Below are positions 37,912 through 45,169 of a stretch of DNA of 49,902 nt, piece after piece. How positions within the stretch are numbered: the stretch's first letter is position 1; the number at the start of each line of letters is the position of its first letter. The translations under genes were made by a program, and so were the position numbers. Source of the stretch: a virus (Duplodnaviria > Caudoviricetes); the IMG/VR virus record IMGVR_UViG_3300022217_000113, positions 1-49,902 of that record; one strand, given 5' to 3'. The notes under the pieces are model-generated. The model was given only the letters and a program-made list of their open reading frames with translations, ran no database searches and had not been told where the DNA came from.

Positions 37912-38174
37912 TCTTCCCAAACTGACAGGCTTCCCGGATTGTCCCATTCCGCATGAAGACCATATTTTTCCAGGATATCCACAATCTTTTTGTTTACCCC
38001 GGAATCATCACAGTCCGCGTAGGCGCTTCCTTCGTAATAGTCCGCCCAACAAATCGGGTAATTGTCTTCCCCGCTGATTCCGAACGATTCTTTGTCTGCC
38101 AGATCGCTTCGCTCAAATACCGGGGCGCCTATTTTCTTCAGCGCTTCAAAAGCATTGCGGTAATTCTTTTTCAT
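37908..38174 (-). CDS. early hypothetical protein
   Basis: AACCAGGGAGG leader and upstream promoter. Confidence 0.6.
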   Translation of the reverse strand: MKKNYRNAFEALKKIGAPVFERSDLADKESFGISGEDNYPICWADYYEGSAYADCDDSGVNKKIVDILEKYGLHAEWDNPGSLSVWEE

Positions 38175-38202
38175 TTTCGCCTCCCTGGTTGTTTATGGAA
38201 GT

Positions 38203-38231
38203 ATGATATAGCTATGCCCTATGTAGGTCAA
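38203..38231 (-). promoter_or_regulatory. sigma70-type promoter with ATAGCTAT box
   Basis: TTGACC-17-TATCAT on the minus strand. Confidence 0.75.
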
Positions 38232-38461
38232 CTACTTTTATCGAGGCCTTCCCCGAGACAATTAGGACAGCCGTAGCGCCCGCAGCCTTCGTCGAATTCG
38301 TGCCCGCAAAATTCGCAGGCTATGGTGTCTTCTGGTGGCGGATCGTCTTCGATCCCTGACAGTCGGTTAACATTACGCTGGATATCTACTGGGGTGGCGC
38401 CCCTCAATACAGCTGAGGTGCGTAACAGCATAATCATGTAGTCTGTATATTCCTGCTTCAT
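38228..38461 (-). CDS. small zinc-ribbon protein
   Basis: CEFCG...YGCPNC. Confidence 0.55.
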   Translation of the reverse strand: MKQEYTDYMIMLLRTSAVLRGATPVDIQRNVNRLSGIEDDPPPEDTIACEFCGHEFDEGCGRYGCPNCLGEGLDKSS

Positions 38462-38498
38462 TTATCGGCCCTTTGGGGCTTGCGCCCCAGCTGATTGG

Positions 38499-38915
38499 CT
38501 ATCCGAAAATTACGTCATCAAACAAACAACACTGTAAAAACACGTCTCCAGTGTTCGCGTCATCGTTTTCGTCCACAAAATCCTTAAAGTGGTCCGGAAA
38601 CTTATCTGCCATGGTTTGCAGTCCCTTCTTCAGCGAATCAAGATCCAGTCGATATTGCTCGGTCTTTTCTGCTCCCGGGTCTTCGTCTTCGTCCCAGTCG
38701 TTCAGGTCAATGATTATCAGGGCGCCGCCTGGTGACAGCGGATAATCCAGGTGCCTGAACAATTCGTTCATATCGTTTTTGAACAGGTCTTCATCTTTCG
38801 GCTTGATGAATTCCTTAATGTTGTACCAGTAGTTGGATCCGCCCTCGAACGCACTACAGAGCAGATTGTGTATTTGCTGTTCAGTAAACTGAACGCTGGT
38901 TTTTACTTCAAACAT
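38499..38915 (-). CDS. acidic early hypothetical protein
   Basis: ATG 38915 after AACCAGGAGGTG; A.EGG..YW and DA..GD..LQ...F..V..G motifs. Confidence 0.6.
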   Translation of the reverse strand: MFEVKTSVQFTEQQIHNLLCSAFEGGSNYWYNIKEFIKPKDEDLFKNDMNELFRHLDYPLSPGGALIIIDLNDWDEDEDPGAEKTEQYRLDLDSLKKGLQTMADKFPDHFKDFVDENDDANTGDVFLQCCLFDDVIFG

Positions 38916-39167
38916 GGTCACCTCCTGGTTAGGGGCTTGCGCCCCGGTTGGTTATTTGTTTATAAAGTCGATAGCTTCTTGCTTTGTGTGGAAGGCCTCG
39001 TCTTGCCAGTAGAAGCCGCCAGCCAGCCCTTTCTCTGGTAGCGCCACATGCCACATTCCATCTTTAGACCACCATGCCGCACGGCCTTGGTCGCTTTCGT
39101 AATCGTGTCTGTCTTCTGTTTTCATGGTCACCTCATGGTTGGGGGCTTGCGCCCCTATCGGTTATTT
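38913..39167. repeat. ~45-bp dispersed direct repeat (hairpin + SD leader) at 38913-38957 and 39123-39167; hairpin alone also at 38475-38488
   Basis: catggtcacctc(c/a)tggtt(a/g)ggggcttgcgcccc-N5-gttattt present twice. Confidence 0.8.
38952..39125 (-). CDS. 57-aa early protein (not in ORF track)
   Basis: MKTEDRHDYESDQGRAAWWSKDGMWHV...FHTKQEAIDFINK, framed by the repeat units. Confidence 0.55.
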   Translation of the reverse strand: MKTEDRHDYESDQGRAAWWSKDGMWHVALPEKGLAGGFYWQDEAFHTKQEAIDFINK

Positions 39168-39307
39168 AAGCTTTTTATCGTGGCAGCGGTTAACTCTTTC
39201 ACGCTCATAACCAGCAGCTCGCCGGTCTTGTTGTCTCTAACCCACGTATAGCCCGGATTGCCGCTATGCGGTGTTACAAGTGTTACTTCTCTGTCCTGAT
39301 ATGTCAT
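39155..39307 (-). CDS. 50-aa first early protein (not in ORF track)
   Basis: GGAGGTG SD directly after the 39341-39369 promoter; MTYQDREVTLVTPHSGNPGYTWVRD... Confidence 0.5.
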   Translation of the reverse strand: MTYQDREVTLVTPHSGNPGYTWVRDNKTGELLVMSVKELTAATIKSLNNR

Positions 39308-39340
39308 GGCCACCTCCGGCTAGTCCTTGTTTATGTATGG

Positions 39341-39369
39341 ATAGTATAGCTATGTGCTATATGGGTCAA
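39341..39369 (-). promoter_or_regulatory. main leftward sigma70-type promoter with ATAGCTAT box
   Basis: TTGACC-17-TACTAT on the minus strand, divergent from the Cro-like gene. Confidence 0.75.
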
Positions 39370-39450
39370 GCAATATCATAAGCAATAGTTACCTCTTCCC
39401 TTTTCAACCGCCCTGGCGTACTATCGCCAAAATTAACCGGGAGAGAAGCA

Positions 39451-39681
39451 ATGGGAACAAGAGCAGGACTAGACAAGGCCTTCAAGATGATTGGCAAAAC
39501 AAAACTGGCGGCAAAACTGGGTATCAGCTACCAGTCAATGGACCGCTGGCACGATTACGATGAAATGCCATGCACCGAGTACAACGGCAAAACCATGTAC
39601 TCGAAACAGATCGAAGAGCTTACCGGTGGCCAGGTAACGATTGTCGACCTCTGCGGCTTTGTACCGCCTCCCCAGGCTTGA
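39451..39681 (+). CDS. Cro-like helix-turn-helix regulator
   Basis: L.KA....G...LA.KLGISYQS..RW...P........IE..TGG.VT...L; first gene of the divergent rightward operon. Confidence 0.75.
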   Translation: MGTRAGLDKAFKMIGKTKLAAKLGISYQSMDRWHDYDEMPCTEYNGKTMYSKQIEELTGGQVTIVDLCGFVPPPQA

Positions 39682-39839
39682 ACAGAACTCAGGGCCAGTG
39701 GAACTCCTATTGTGCCGCTGGCGCCACCCTGGAAGAGCGTAGATCGCGCTTGGCCGAAGTGCCGGAACCCATGCGCGATGCTGTTATGGCGCACGTTAAG
39801 ACTGTCTTTGCTCTGCGGAATAAATCCAAAAGAGATTGA
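39678..39839 (+). CDS. small hypothetical protein
   Basis: Probable TTG start overlapping the Cro-like stop; LEERR..LA.VP..MRD.V..HV motif. Confidence 0.45.
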   Translation: MNRTQGQWNSYCAAGATLEERRSRLAEVPEPMRDAVMAHVKTVFALRNKSKRD

Positions 39840-39842
39840 CAG

Positions 39843-39878
39843 GTAACGCTGCTACCGTTACGGTAACGATATGTAACG
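39843..39878. promoter_or_regulatory. GTAACG repeat cluster in the leader/promoter of the replication gene
   Basis: Direct copies at 39843, 39863 and 39873; inverted copy at 39856; TTGACA at 39836. Confidence 0.6.
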
Positions 39879-39890
39879 AAAGGAAACAGA

Positions 39891-40697
39891 ATGTACAACA
39901 AGCTATTTGGAAAGATACTGGATTCGTCAATTTGGCTCGAAGATCCGTACACAAGGATTGTCTGGATCACGCTTTTGGCGGCAATGGATGAGGACGGGTA
40001 CGCGCACTTTTCGGCCATTCAGAATTTGGCCATTCGTGCCCAGGTGCCACTCGACAAAGCTGGGATAGCCGTCGAGAAATTAATGGCTCCGGACGCTGAA
40101 TCAGGCGATCCAGAGCATGATGGCCGAAGAATTGAGCGAGTGCCTGGCGGATTCGTGGTTTTAAATGCCACAAAATATCGAGAGATCGCGACGAGAATTG
40201 TGGCTCGGGAACGAACCAGAACCAGAGTGCAGAAGCACAGGGCGAACAAGTCTGTAACGCAATGTAACGATTCGGTAACACAATCATATACAGAAGCAAA
40301 TACAGATACAGAGCTTTTAAATATATTGAACCAATATCCGAAGCGAGCCGGAGCGAATCCGAAAAAAAGAGCGCTCAAGTCAATGAACGCCAGGCTGAAG
40401 GAAGGCAGTACGATTACAGAATTTCTAGGAGGCGTGACCAGGTACCACGCTTTTTGTAAAGCGACAGGAAAGTTGAATACCGAGTTTGTAATGCAGGCCG
40501 CCACCTTTTTTGGCCCTGACGAGCATTTTAAACATGACTGGTCAGCGCCGAAGGAACAAGAAAGAAAGGGGCCGCCTGGAAAAATGCAGCGAGCAGCGGA
40601 GTCACTAAAAAATGCACAGACCAGAAATATTGGAGAGAGCGATAGCAACCAGATTCTACAAGATGCTGGCTCTCGGCCTGGACTACTCCCCGAATAG
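39891..40697 (+). CDS. phage replication initiator (lambda O-like organisation)
   Basis: Y.KLF..ILDSSIW N-domain, R.R..KHR linker with iterons, C-terminal YPKR...K..A...F...TF.GP...F domain. Confidence 0.7.
   Translation: MYNKLFGKILDSSIWLEDPYTRIVWITLLAAMDEDGYAHFSAIQNLAIRAQVPLDKAGIAVEKLMAPDAESGDPEHDGRRIERVPGGFVVLNATKYREIATRIVARERTRTRVQKHRANKSVTQCNDSVTQSYTEANTDTELLNILNQYPKRAGANPKKRALKSMNARLKEGSTITEFLGGVTRYHAFCKATGKLNTEFVMQAATFFGPDEHFKHDWSAPKEQERKGPPGKMQRAAESLKNAQTRNIGESDSNQILQDAGSRPGLLPE
40254..40330. repeat. putative replication origin: three GTAAC(G/A) iterons followed by an AT-rich tract
   Basis: Copies at 40254, 40264 and 40275 (10-11 bp phasing) inside the initiator gene. Confidence 0.55.
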
Positions 40698-41034
40698 CGA
40701 TGAGCTGGCGATAACTGTTGCCGCTTTTTTGGAGATCATGGTCAAGCGTGGCCTGACTGATCGAGACGCTGACAGACTTGAAGAGGCGCTGATCCTGTGC
40801 GCCGAAGAACTGGACCGGTGGCCGACCCCTAACCAGGTGCTGAAGCGCTTGCCGGCGAAAGCCCTGGAACACAAGGATTCATGCCGACAGTGTGGATCGA
40901 CCGAAGGCCTGCACGCCTGCGGTGCCGGCGATAGAAAATACTATCTCTGTTCAACGCATCTGCCGATGCCAAAGAACGAGATCACGGAAAAATTTAACAA
41001 AACCATGGAGACCCTACAGGGCAAGGCGAGATAA
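40612..41034 (+). CDS. replication-associated protein (possible helicase loader/inhibitor)
   Basis: Follows and overlaps the initiator gene; RWPTP..V motif and CxxC zinc knuckle. Confidence 0.45.
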   Translation: MHRPEILERAIATRFYKMLALGLDYSPNSDELAITVAAFLEIMVKRGLTDRDADRLEEALILCAEELDRWPTPNQVLKRLPAKALEHKDSCRQCGSTEGLHACGAGDRKYYLCSTHLPMPKNEITEKFNKTMETLQGKAR

Positions 41035-41274
41035 ATGAGCGATAAAAAAATATTATGCAGCCATTGGTATACGCAGCTGAGCGAGCCCCGCCCAGTCGGC
41101 ATGGTGCTGGTGCAGCATGAGCACAACAAAATGGCCTACATTGGCGCCGGTACCGGAATTACTGAAGAGGCTGACGCCAACTGGATCGCCATCACTGGCG
41201 CCAGGCTGCCAAAGGCCGTGGCCGAGGCCGCGTTTAAAGGCTTTGATTTTTCAGACTACAAGGCGCAGCAATAA
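41035..41274 (+). CDS. hypothetical protein
   Basis: Abuts the upstream stop; AYIG.G.G..EE.D...I...G motif. Confidence 0.55.
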   Translation: MSDKKILCSHWYTQLSEPRPVGMVLVQHEHNKMAYIGAGTGITEEADANWIAITGARLPKAVAEAAFKGFDFSDYKAQQ

Positions 41275-41452
41275 TCATGGGCCAAGCCAAGCATAGAGGC
41301 ACATACGAAGAGCGTAGGCAGGCCGCTGTTGCCAAGAAGAAGGCGACAATCGAGACCAGGCCGCGGGACGCTCACCTATCTCCGAGCACGCGACAATTAT
41401 TTGCCATTGCGGCAGGTATCGCCGCCATATCTCCGCCAAAAGGAAAATATTA

Positions 41453-42136
41453 ATGAAAGACAAACCGATCCTGTTTAATACCGCAATGGTTCGCGCCCTG
41501 CTGGATGGCAGCAAGACTCAGACAAGGCGAGTGGTGAAACCGCAGTCGGACAAGATATACGAAGGTACCAGTTTTGCGGATTCCAGAGTTATTCTTTTCC
41601 CGACCGAAAGGACGAACGAATTCGGCACAATGATTGGCGGATCGATTGAGTGTCCTTACGGCAATCCAGGCGATCTGCTTTGGGTGCGTGAAGCATTTCA
41701 GGAAGTAATCATTTCGCAAATCGGCGCAGAAGAAAAGGAAACCGATATCGCATACATGGCCACGCCGGCCAATTTTCCAGGGCCGTGGAAACCATCAATC
41801 CACATGCCCCGATGGGCCTCGCGCCTGACTCTTCGCATCACCGATGTTCGTGTCGAGCGGGTGCAGGATATTTCGGAGACAGATGCGACGGCAGAGGGCA
41901 TAAATATCTTGCATGATGGCGAGTTTGGAGAGGTCTATCAGGGGATTCTAAATCATTCACCGATAAGCCCGACAGCGAAGAAAGCATTTGAAGATTTGTG
42001 GGACTCAATCAACGATAAGACCGGTTTCGGCTGGGATCAAAACCCGTGGGTATGGGTAGTTGAATTCGAGGTAATCAATCAGAACGTCGACGGCTTCATT
42101 GCCGGCTCGTCAGTCTATGCAGGGATAGCGGTATGA
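41453..42136 (+). CDS. ASCH/PUA-like phage protein
   Basis: PILF...MVRA.LDG.KTQTRR..CPYG.PGD.LWVRE..W.PSIHMPRWASR..L.IT.VRVER.QDIS..NPWVWV.EF. Confidence 0.8.
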   Translation: MKDKPILFNTAMVRALLDGSKTQTRRVVKPQSDKIYEGTSFADSRVILFPTERTNEFGTMIGGSIECPYGNPGDLLWVREAFQEVIISQIGAEEKETDIAYMATPANFPGPWKPSIHMPRWASRLTLRITDVRVERVQDISETDATAEGINILHDGEFGEVYQGILNHSPISPTAKKAFEDLWDSINDKTGFGWDQNPWVWVVEFEVINQNVDGFIAGSSVYAGIAV

Positions 42137-42327
42137 GCGACAAAGTTTTGGAAATGCTGGAAGAGCTCAAGGACGATATCGCGCACCTGTCAACATGGGA
42201 GTCGAATTTCATCAACGACCTGATCACCAGAACCGGGCGGGGCCATAAACTGACCGCCAAGCAAAACCTGAAGGTTTCCGAAATCTGGAGCGCCTGGTGG
42301 CCAGTTCACAGCAGGAGGGAAACATGA
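42133..42327 (+). CDS. hypothetical protein
   Basis: ATGA coupling; LS.WE..FI......LT.KQ motif. Confidence 0.55.
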   Translation: MSDKVLEMLEELKDDIAHLSTWESNFINDLITRTGRGHKLTAKQNLKVSEIWSAWWPVHSRRET

Positions 42328-43043
42328 GCAACGACCAGAACATCAGAAAGCACTTCAAGGACTTGATCAATCATAACGTCAGTGTGGTGGCCACTAACCC
42401 GGCAGAAATGCAGGCGGCCGGTGAGCAGCTGAAAGAATACCTGACAGCCAAGCTGGAACTACTCGGAGACGAGCTGAAGGAAATGCACGAGCTCGTTCGC
42501 GTAACCGAGAAAGCAGGTATGAATTCGGTATCTGTAAAGCGGCGAGTCAAGCTGGTAGAAAAGCGAATCACCTACTACAGCAAAATCATGGCCGCAATCC
42601 ACGCCGGTTATCACATCATCCCAGACTTTCCGGTTGATATATTCGCGGTGCGCACCAACAAGGAACGACCAGCTGCCAAGCACGCGACCTATAGACACAG
42701 CGAGTCTCTGCTGGCGCAAACACAGCAGTTGCCAGCTGGACAGGGCCGGTATGTTGCGGCGCAACAGATGATCGAAAGCGAGCACTGGGAAGTAGACGGC
42801 CGCAAGCATAACAATTATTGGCCGGTCGATTTTTGCGAGATCGAGTTTCCGATTGCTTTGGTCAAGCCTCAAGTGATTGAGGCAACAGGCGCGGCATTTG
42901 ATCAGTTGATATTCGACGAGATAGGAATCTGCCAGCAGAACGCGGGCGATCCTATGGTGATCGGCAGGCTCAAGGTGCCAGGCAGTAGTTACAAATATAC
43001 CTGTTTCCTGATCACCTGGTTCCTGGAAGCCAAAGACCTGTAA
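42324..43043 (+). CDS. hypothetical protein
   Basis: ATG 42324 after GGAGG SD, overlapping the upstream stop. Confidence 0.6.
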   Translation: MSNDQNIRKHFKDLINHNVSVVATNPAEMQAAGEQLKEYLTAKLELLGDELKEMHELVRVTEKAGMNSVSVKRRVKLVEKRITYYSKIMAAIHAGYHIIPDFPVDIFAVRTNKERPAAKHATYRHSESLLAQTQQLPAGQGRYVAAQQMIESEHWEVDGRKHNNYWPVDFCEIEFPIALVKPQVIEATGAAFDQLIFDEIGICQQNAGDPMVIGRLKVPGSSYKYTCFLITWFLEAKDL

Positions 43044-43117
43044 AAGAGTTGTGCCGAAGGCGCGTGTTATATGTCCTTTCCGGAGGTTGCCGGACTCGCG
43101 CTGGAGGCTTTTTTAGT

Positions 43118-43145
43118 TTGACTGTAAAGGTGCATCAGGTACTAT
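43118..43145 (+). promoter_or_regulatory. sigma70-type promoter, probably giving a leaderless mRNA
   Basis: TTGACT-16-TACTAT; next ATG at 43152 with no SD. Confidence 0.5.
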
Positions 43146-43151
43146 GAAAAT

Positions 43152-43409
43152 ATGAATACCCTGCCAAAAGGAACCCAGATAAAATGCCCGAGAAAACGGC
43201 ATATTGTCGGCGTTCTGACCAGAGCTTTACAGGATGGAGAAGGGCTAAGGGTTGACCGCGTTACGTTTGAAGAAGGACAGTCCCGCATTGCAGGTGAACC
43301 AATGAAATGCCGGATATGTGATAGCGTATATTTCCTGCAGGGCCGACTGTATACTGAGCATGGCTGGTGGCCCAGCGATCCTAAACTTGAAACAGCAACC
43401 AAAAGGTAA
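43152..43409 (+). CDS. small Cys/His (zinc-binding) protein
   Basis: CP...H and CRIC motifs. Confidence 0.55.
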   Translation: MNTLPKGTQIKCPRKRHIVGVLTRALQDGEGLRVDRVTFEEGQSRIAGEPMKCRICDSVYFLQGRLYTEHGWWPSDPKLETATKR

Positions 43410-43415
43410 AAAATT

Positions 43416-43634
43416 ATGTCAGTCTCAATCAAGCAACATTTCAAACATGCGCCCGCTCAGGAACAGATCGAATTCAAGCGGGTTACAAACGCAGTCCTTA
43501 CCGACCTGACTGCGCTGCGAGCGGCCTTTGTGGCGCTGACAGCAAAGATGGATGCCGACTTCGCTGACGTGACCGGCGCCAGTGTGGACTACGCATCATC
43601 CGTTAACCCAGCAGCTCTGACCCTGGTCGAGTAA
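43416..43634 (+). CDS. small helical protein resembling head-fibre/decoration proteins
   Basis: LTDLTALRA..VALTAK.DAD...V....YAS..NPAALT motif (recalled similarity, unverified). Confidence 0.4.
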   Translation: MSVSIKQHFKHAPAQEQIEFKRVTNAVLTDLTALRAAFVALTAKMDADFADVTGASVDYASSVNPAALTLVE

Positions 43635-44119
43635 TGGAAGAACCAGAAATCCACGAGTGTTCCAGCGACGAGGAACTGAGTAAGAAATTACATCAGCTTC
43701 TCGTCGTTGAAGGGCACCCTAATGTAGAAATACATCATCCAACAGAAGGCCGGGTTGTTCTCACCAAAGAGAATTACCAGGAAACGCTCAAGCACTTGGC
43801 CAAGGTCAAAGAAATGAGTCCGGCCGAGCGCATGATGGAACACAAGCGCCAGGTGCGCAAAGAGCAGATGAAATTCAGGACTGCCATGATCACAGCGGAG
43901 ACGGTTACCGTTGATATCGATGATGACAGCTCTTTCGGCCTCGACGTTGACGGCAACAAGATCGATATCGAGGGAAAAACATTCGTGCCTGTAGCAGTCT
44001 ATCTGAAGGGCATGGAACCAAAGAAAAATGAAATCGGCTGTTTCGTTGACGAGAGTCAGCGTAAACCGCCAATCCGGATATTAGCCAAACCCGATCAGGC
44101 GGCGGCAGAAATATCCTAA
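43634..44119 (+). CDS. hypothetical protein
   Basis: TAATG coupling, 161 aa. Confidence 0.55.
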   Translation: MEEPEIHECSSDEELSKKLHQLLVVEGHPNVEIHHPTEGRVVLTKENYQETLKHLAKVKEMSPAERMMEHKRQVRKEQMKFRTAMITAETVTVDIDDDSSFGLDVDGNKIDIEGKTFVPVAVYLKGMEPKKNEIGCFVDESQRKPPIRILAKPDQAAAEIS

Positions 44120-44139
44120 TTATCCCCGGAGAGACGGCG

Positions 44140-44424
44140 ATGAGTGAAACAGTAGAAGAAATAGCATACAAGCTAGCAAACGATCTCGCAGACAAAAAAG
44201 AGCGGGCCATCGAAAGAGCCATTAAGCATTATTTTAATGGCGAGCCATGGGACGAAAACATTCTCCAAAGAAAGGCTAGCGTTACCTACCTTGGCAGCGG
44301 CGCCGAGATATTCGTCATCGATGATATTCGGATGATCTATTTTGAGCCGATCAAAACCAAGGTCGAAATCCACGACAATCGCGCTGTCTGCCTGTTCTCG
44401 CAGGAAATCAAGGAGCTCTACTGA
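44140..44424 (+). CDS. hypothetical protein
   Basis: GGAG SD; coupled to the downstream gene. Confidence 0.5.
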   Translation: MSETVEEIAYKLANDLADKKERAIERAIKHYFNGEPWDENILQRKASVTYLGSGAEIFVIDDIRMIYFEPIKTKVEIHDNRAVCLFSQEIKELY

Positions 44425-44741
44425 TGAGCGCTACCAGCGCGGCATCCAGTCGTTTGGGCGATCACCTGAAACAGCAAGGCCTGAACCTGGTCGAAGAAAA
44501 TAACGCCAACTTTGTTGAGACCATGCGCAGCGTGGCCAGACGCCTTGCCAGGCACAATGGATCGGTAACGACTGACGATCTGCGGGCCGAAGCTTGCAGG
44601 CTCAACCTTAAACCGGAATCACCAAACGCATGGGGATCAATCCTTCGCGGCAAAGAATGGTTTCCAACTGGCTATATTAAAAGCAGTTGGCCGACAAATC
44701 ATTCTCGACGCATTACGATATGGAAACTAACCACCCCATGA
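44424..44741 (+). CDS. conserved phage protein (possible winged helix)
   Basis: T.DDLR......P..PNAWG......TGY..S.....H.R....W motif. Confidence 0.55.
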   Translation: MSATSAASSRLGDHLKQQGLNLVEENNANFVETMRSVARRLARHNGSVTTDDLRAEACRLNLKPESPNAWGSILRGKEWFPTGYIKSSWPTNHSRRITIWKLTTP

Positions 44742-45169
44742 TCAGGCCCATCATCACCGAGAAAAAGCAGCTGGCTATCCAGAGCGAGGCCATCTACAGC
44801 TGGGCGAAAACGAAAATAATAATCGAAGACCTGATCGATACCGCCAAGCACTATCAAACGAAACCAATCGGATGCGTCGGCCTGGCTGCGAATCAGATAG
44901 GTTGTTTGTCCAGGATAATCGTGGTCTGGCATGAAGGCCGCTGGCTGCCGATGATCAATCCTGTCGTTGACCCTATTCCTGGCAAATTGTCGAACCAGCA
45001 CGAAGGCTGCCTGTCTCGGCCAACGGTGCGCACCAAGGTCAAACGCCACAAAAAGATCAGAGTCACCTACATGAACCAGGAAGAAGAGACGTACCAGAAA
45101 AAATATACCGGTTTTATCGCCCGGGTCATCCAGCACGAAGTCGATCACTTGAATGGAATATATATCTGA
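44738..45169 (+). CDS. def: peptide deformylase
   Basis: All three PDF motifs: GCVGLAANQ, EGCLS, QHEVDHLNG; ATGA overlap gives start 44738. Confidence 0.92.
   Translation: MIRPIITEKKQLAIQSEAIYSWAKTKIIIEDLIDTAKHYQTKPIGCVGLAANQIGCLSRIIVVWHEGRWLPMINPVVDPIPGKLSNQHEGCLSRPTVRTKVKRHKKIRVTYMNQEEETYQKKYTGFIARVIQHEVDHLNGIYI

Noticed and set aside
38475-39167. Repeats with intervening unique sequence resembling a CRISPR array or attC cassette array
   Set aside because: Only 2-3 copies, spacing is gene-sized and irregular, and there is no cas gene or integron integrase; better explained as leader elements
39370-39450. Lambda-type CI/Cro immunity switch
   Set aside because: A Cro-like gene is present, but the first leftward ORFs are tiny and lack HTH or S24 peptidase features; no CI or integrase is visible, so a temperate lifestyle is not supported from this window
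43044-43115. tRNA gene in the structured spacer
   Set aside because: No cloverleaf, T-loop GTTC motif or CCA end could be identified
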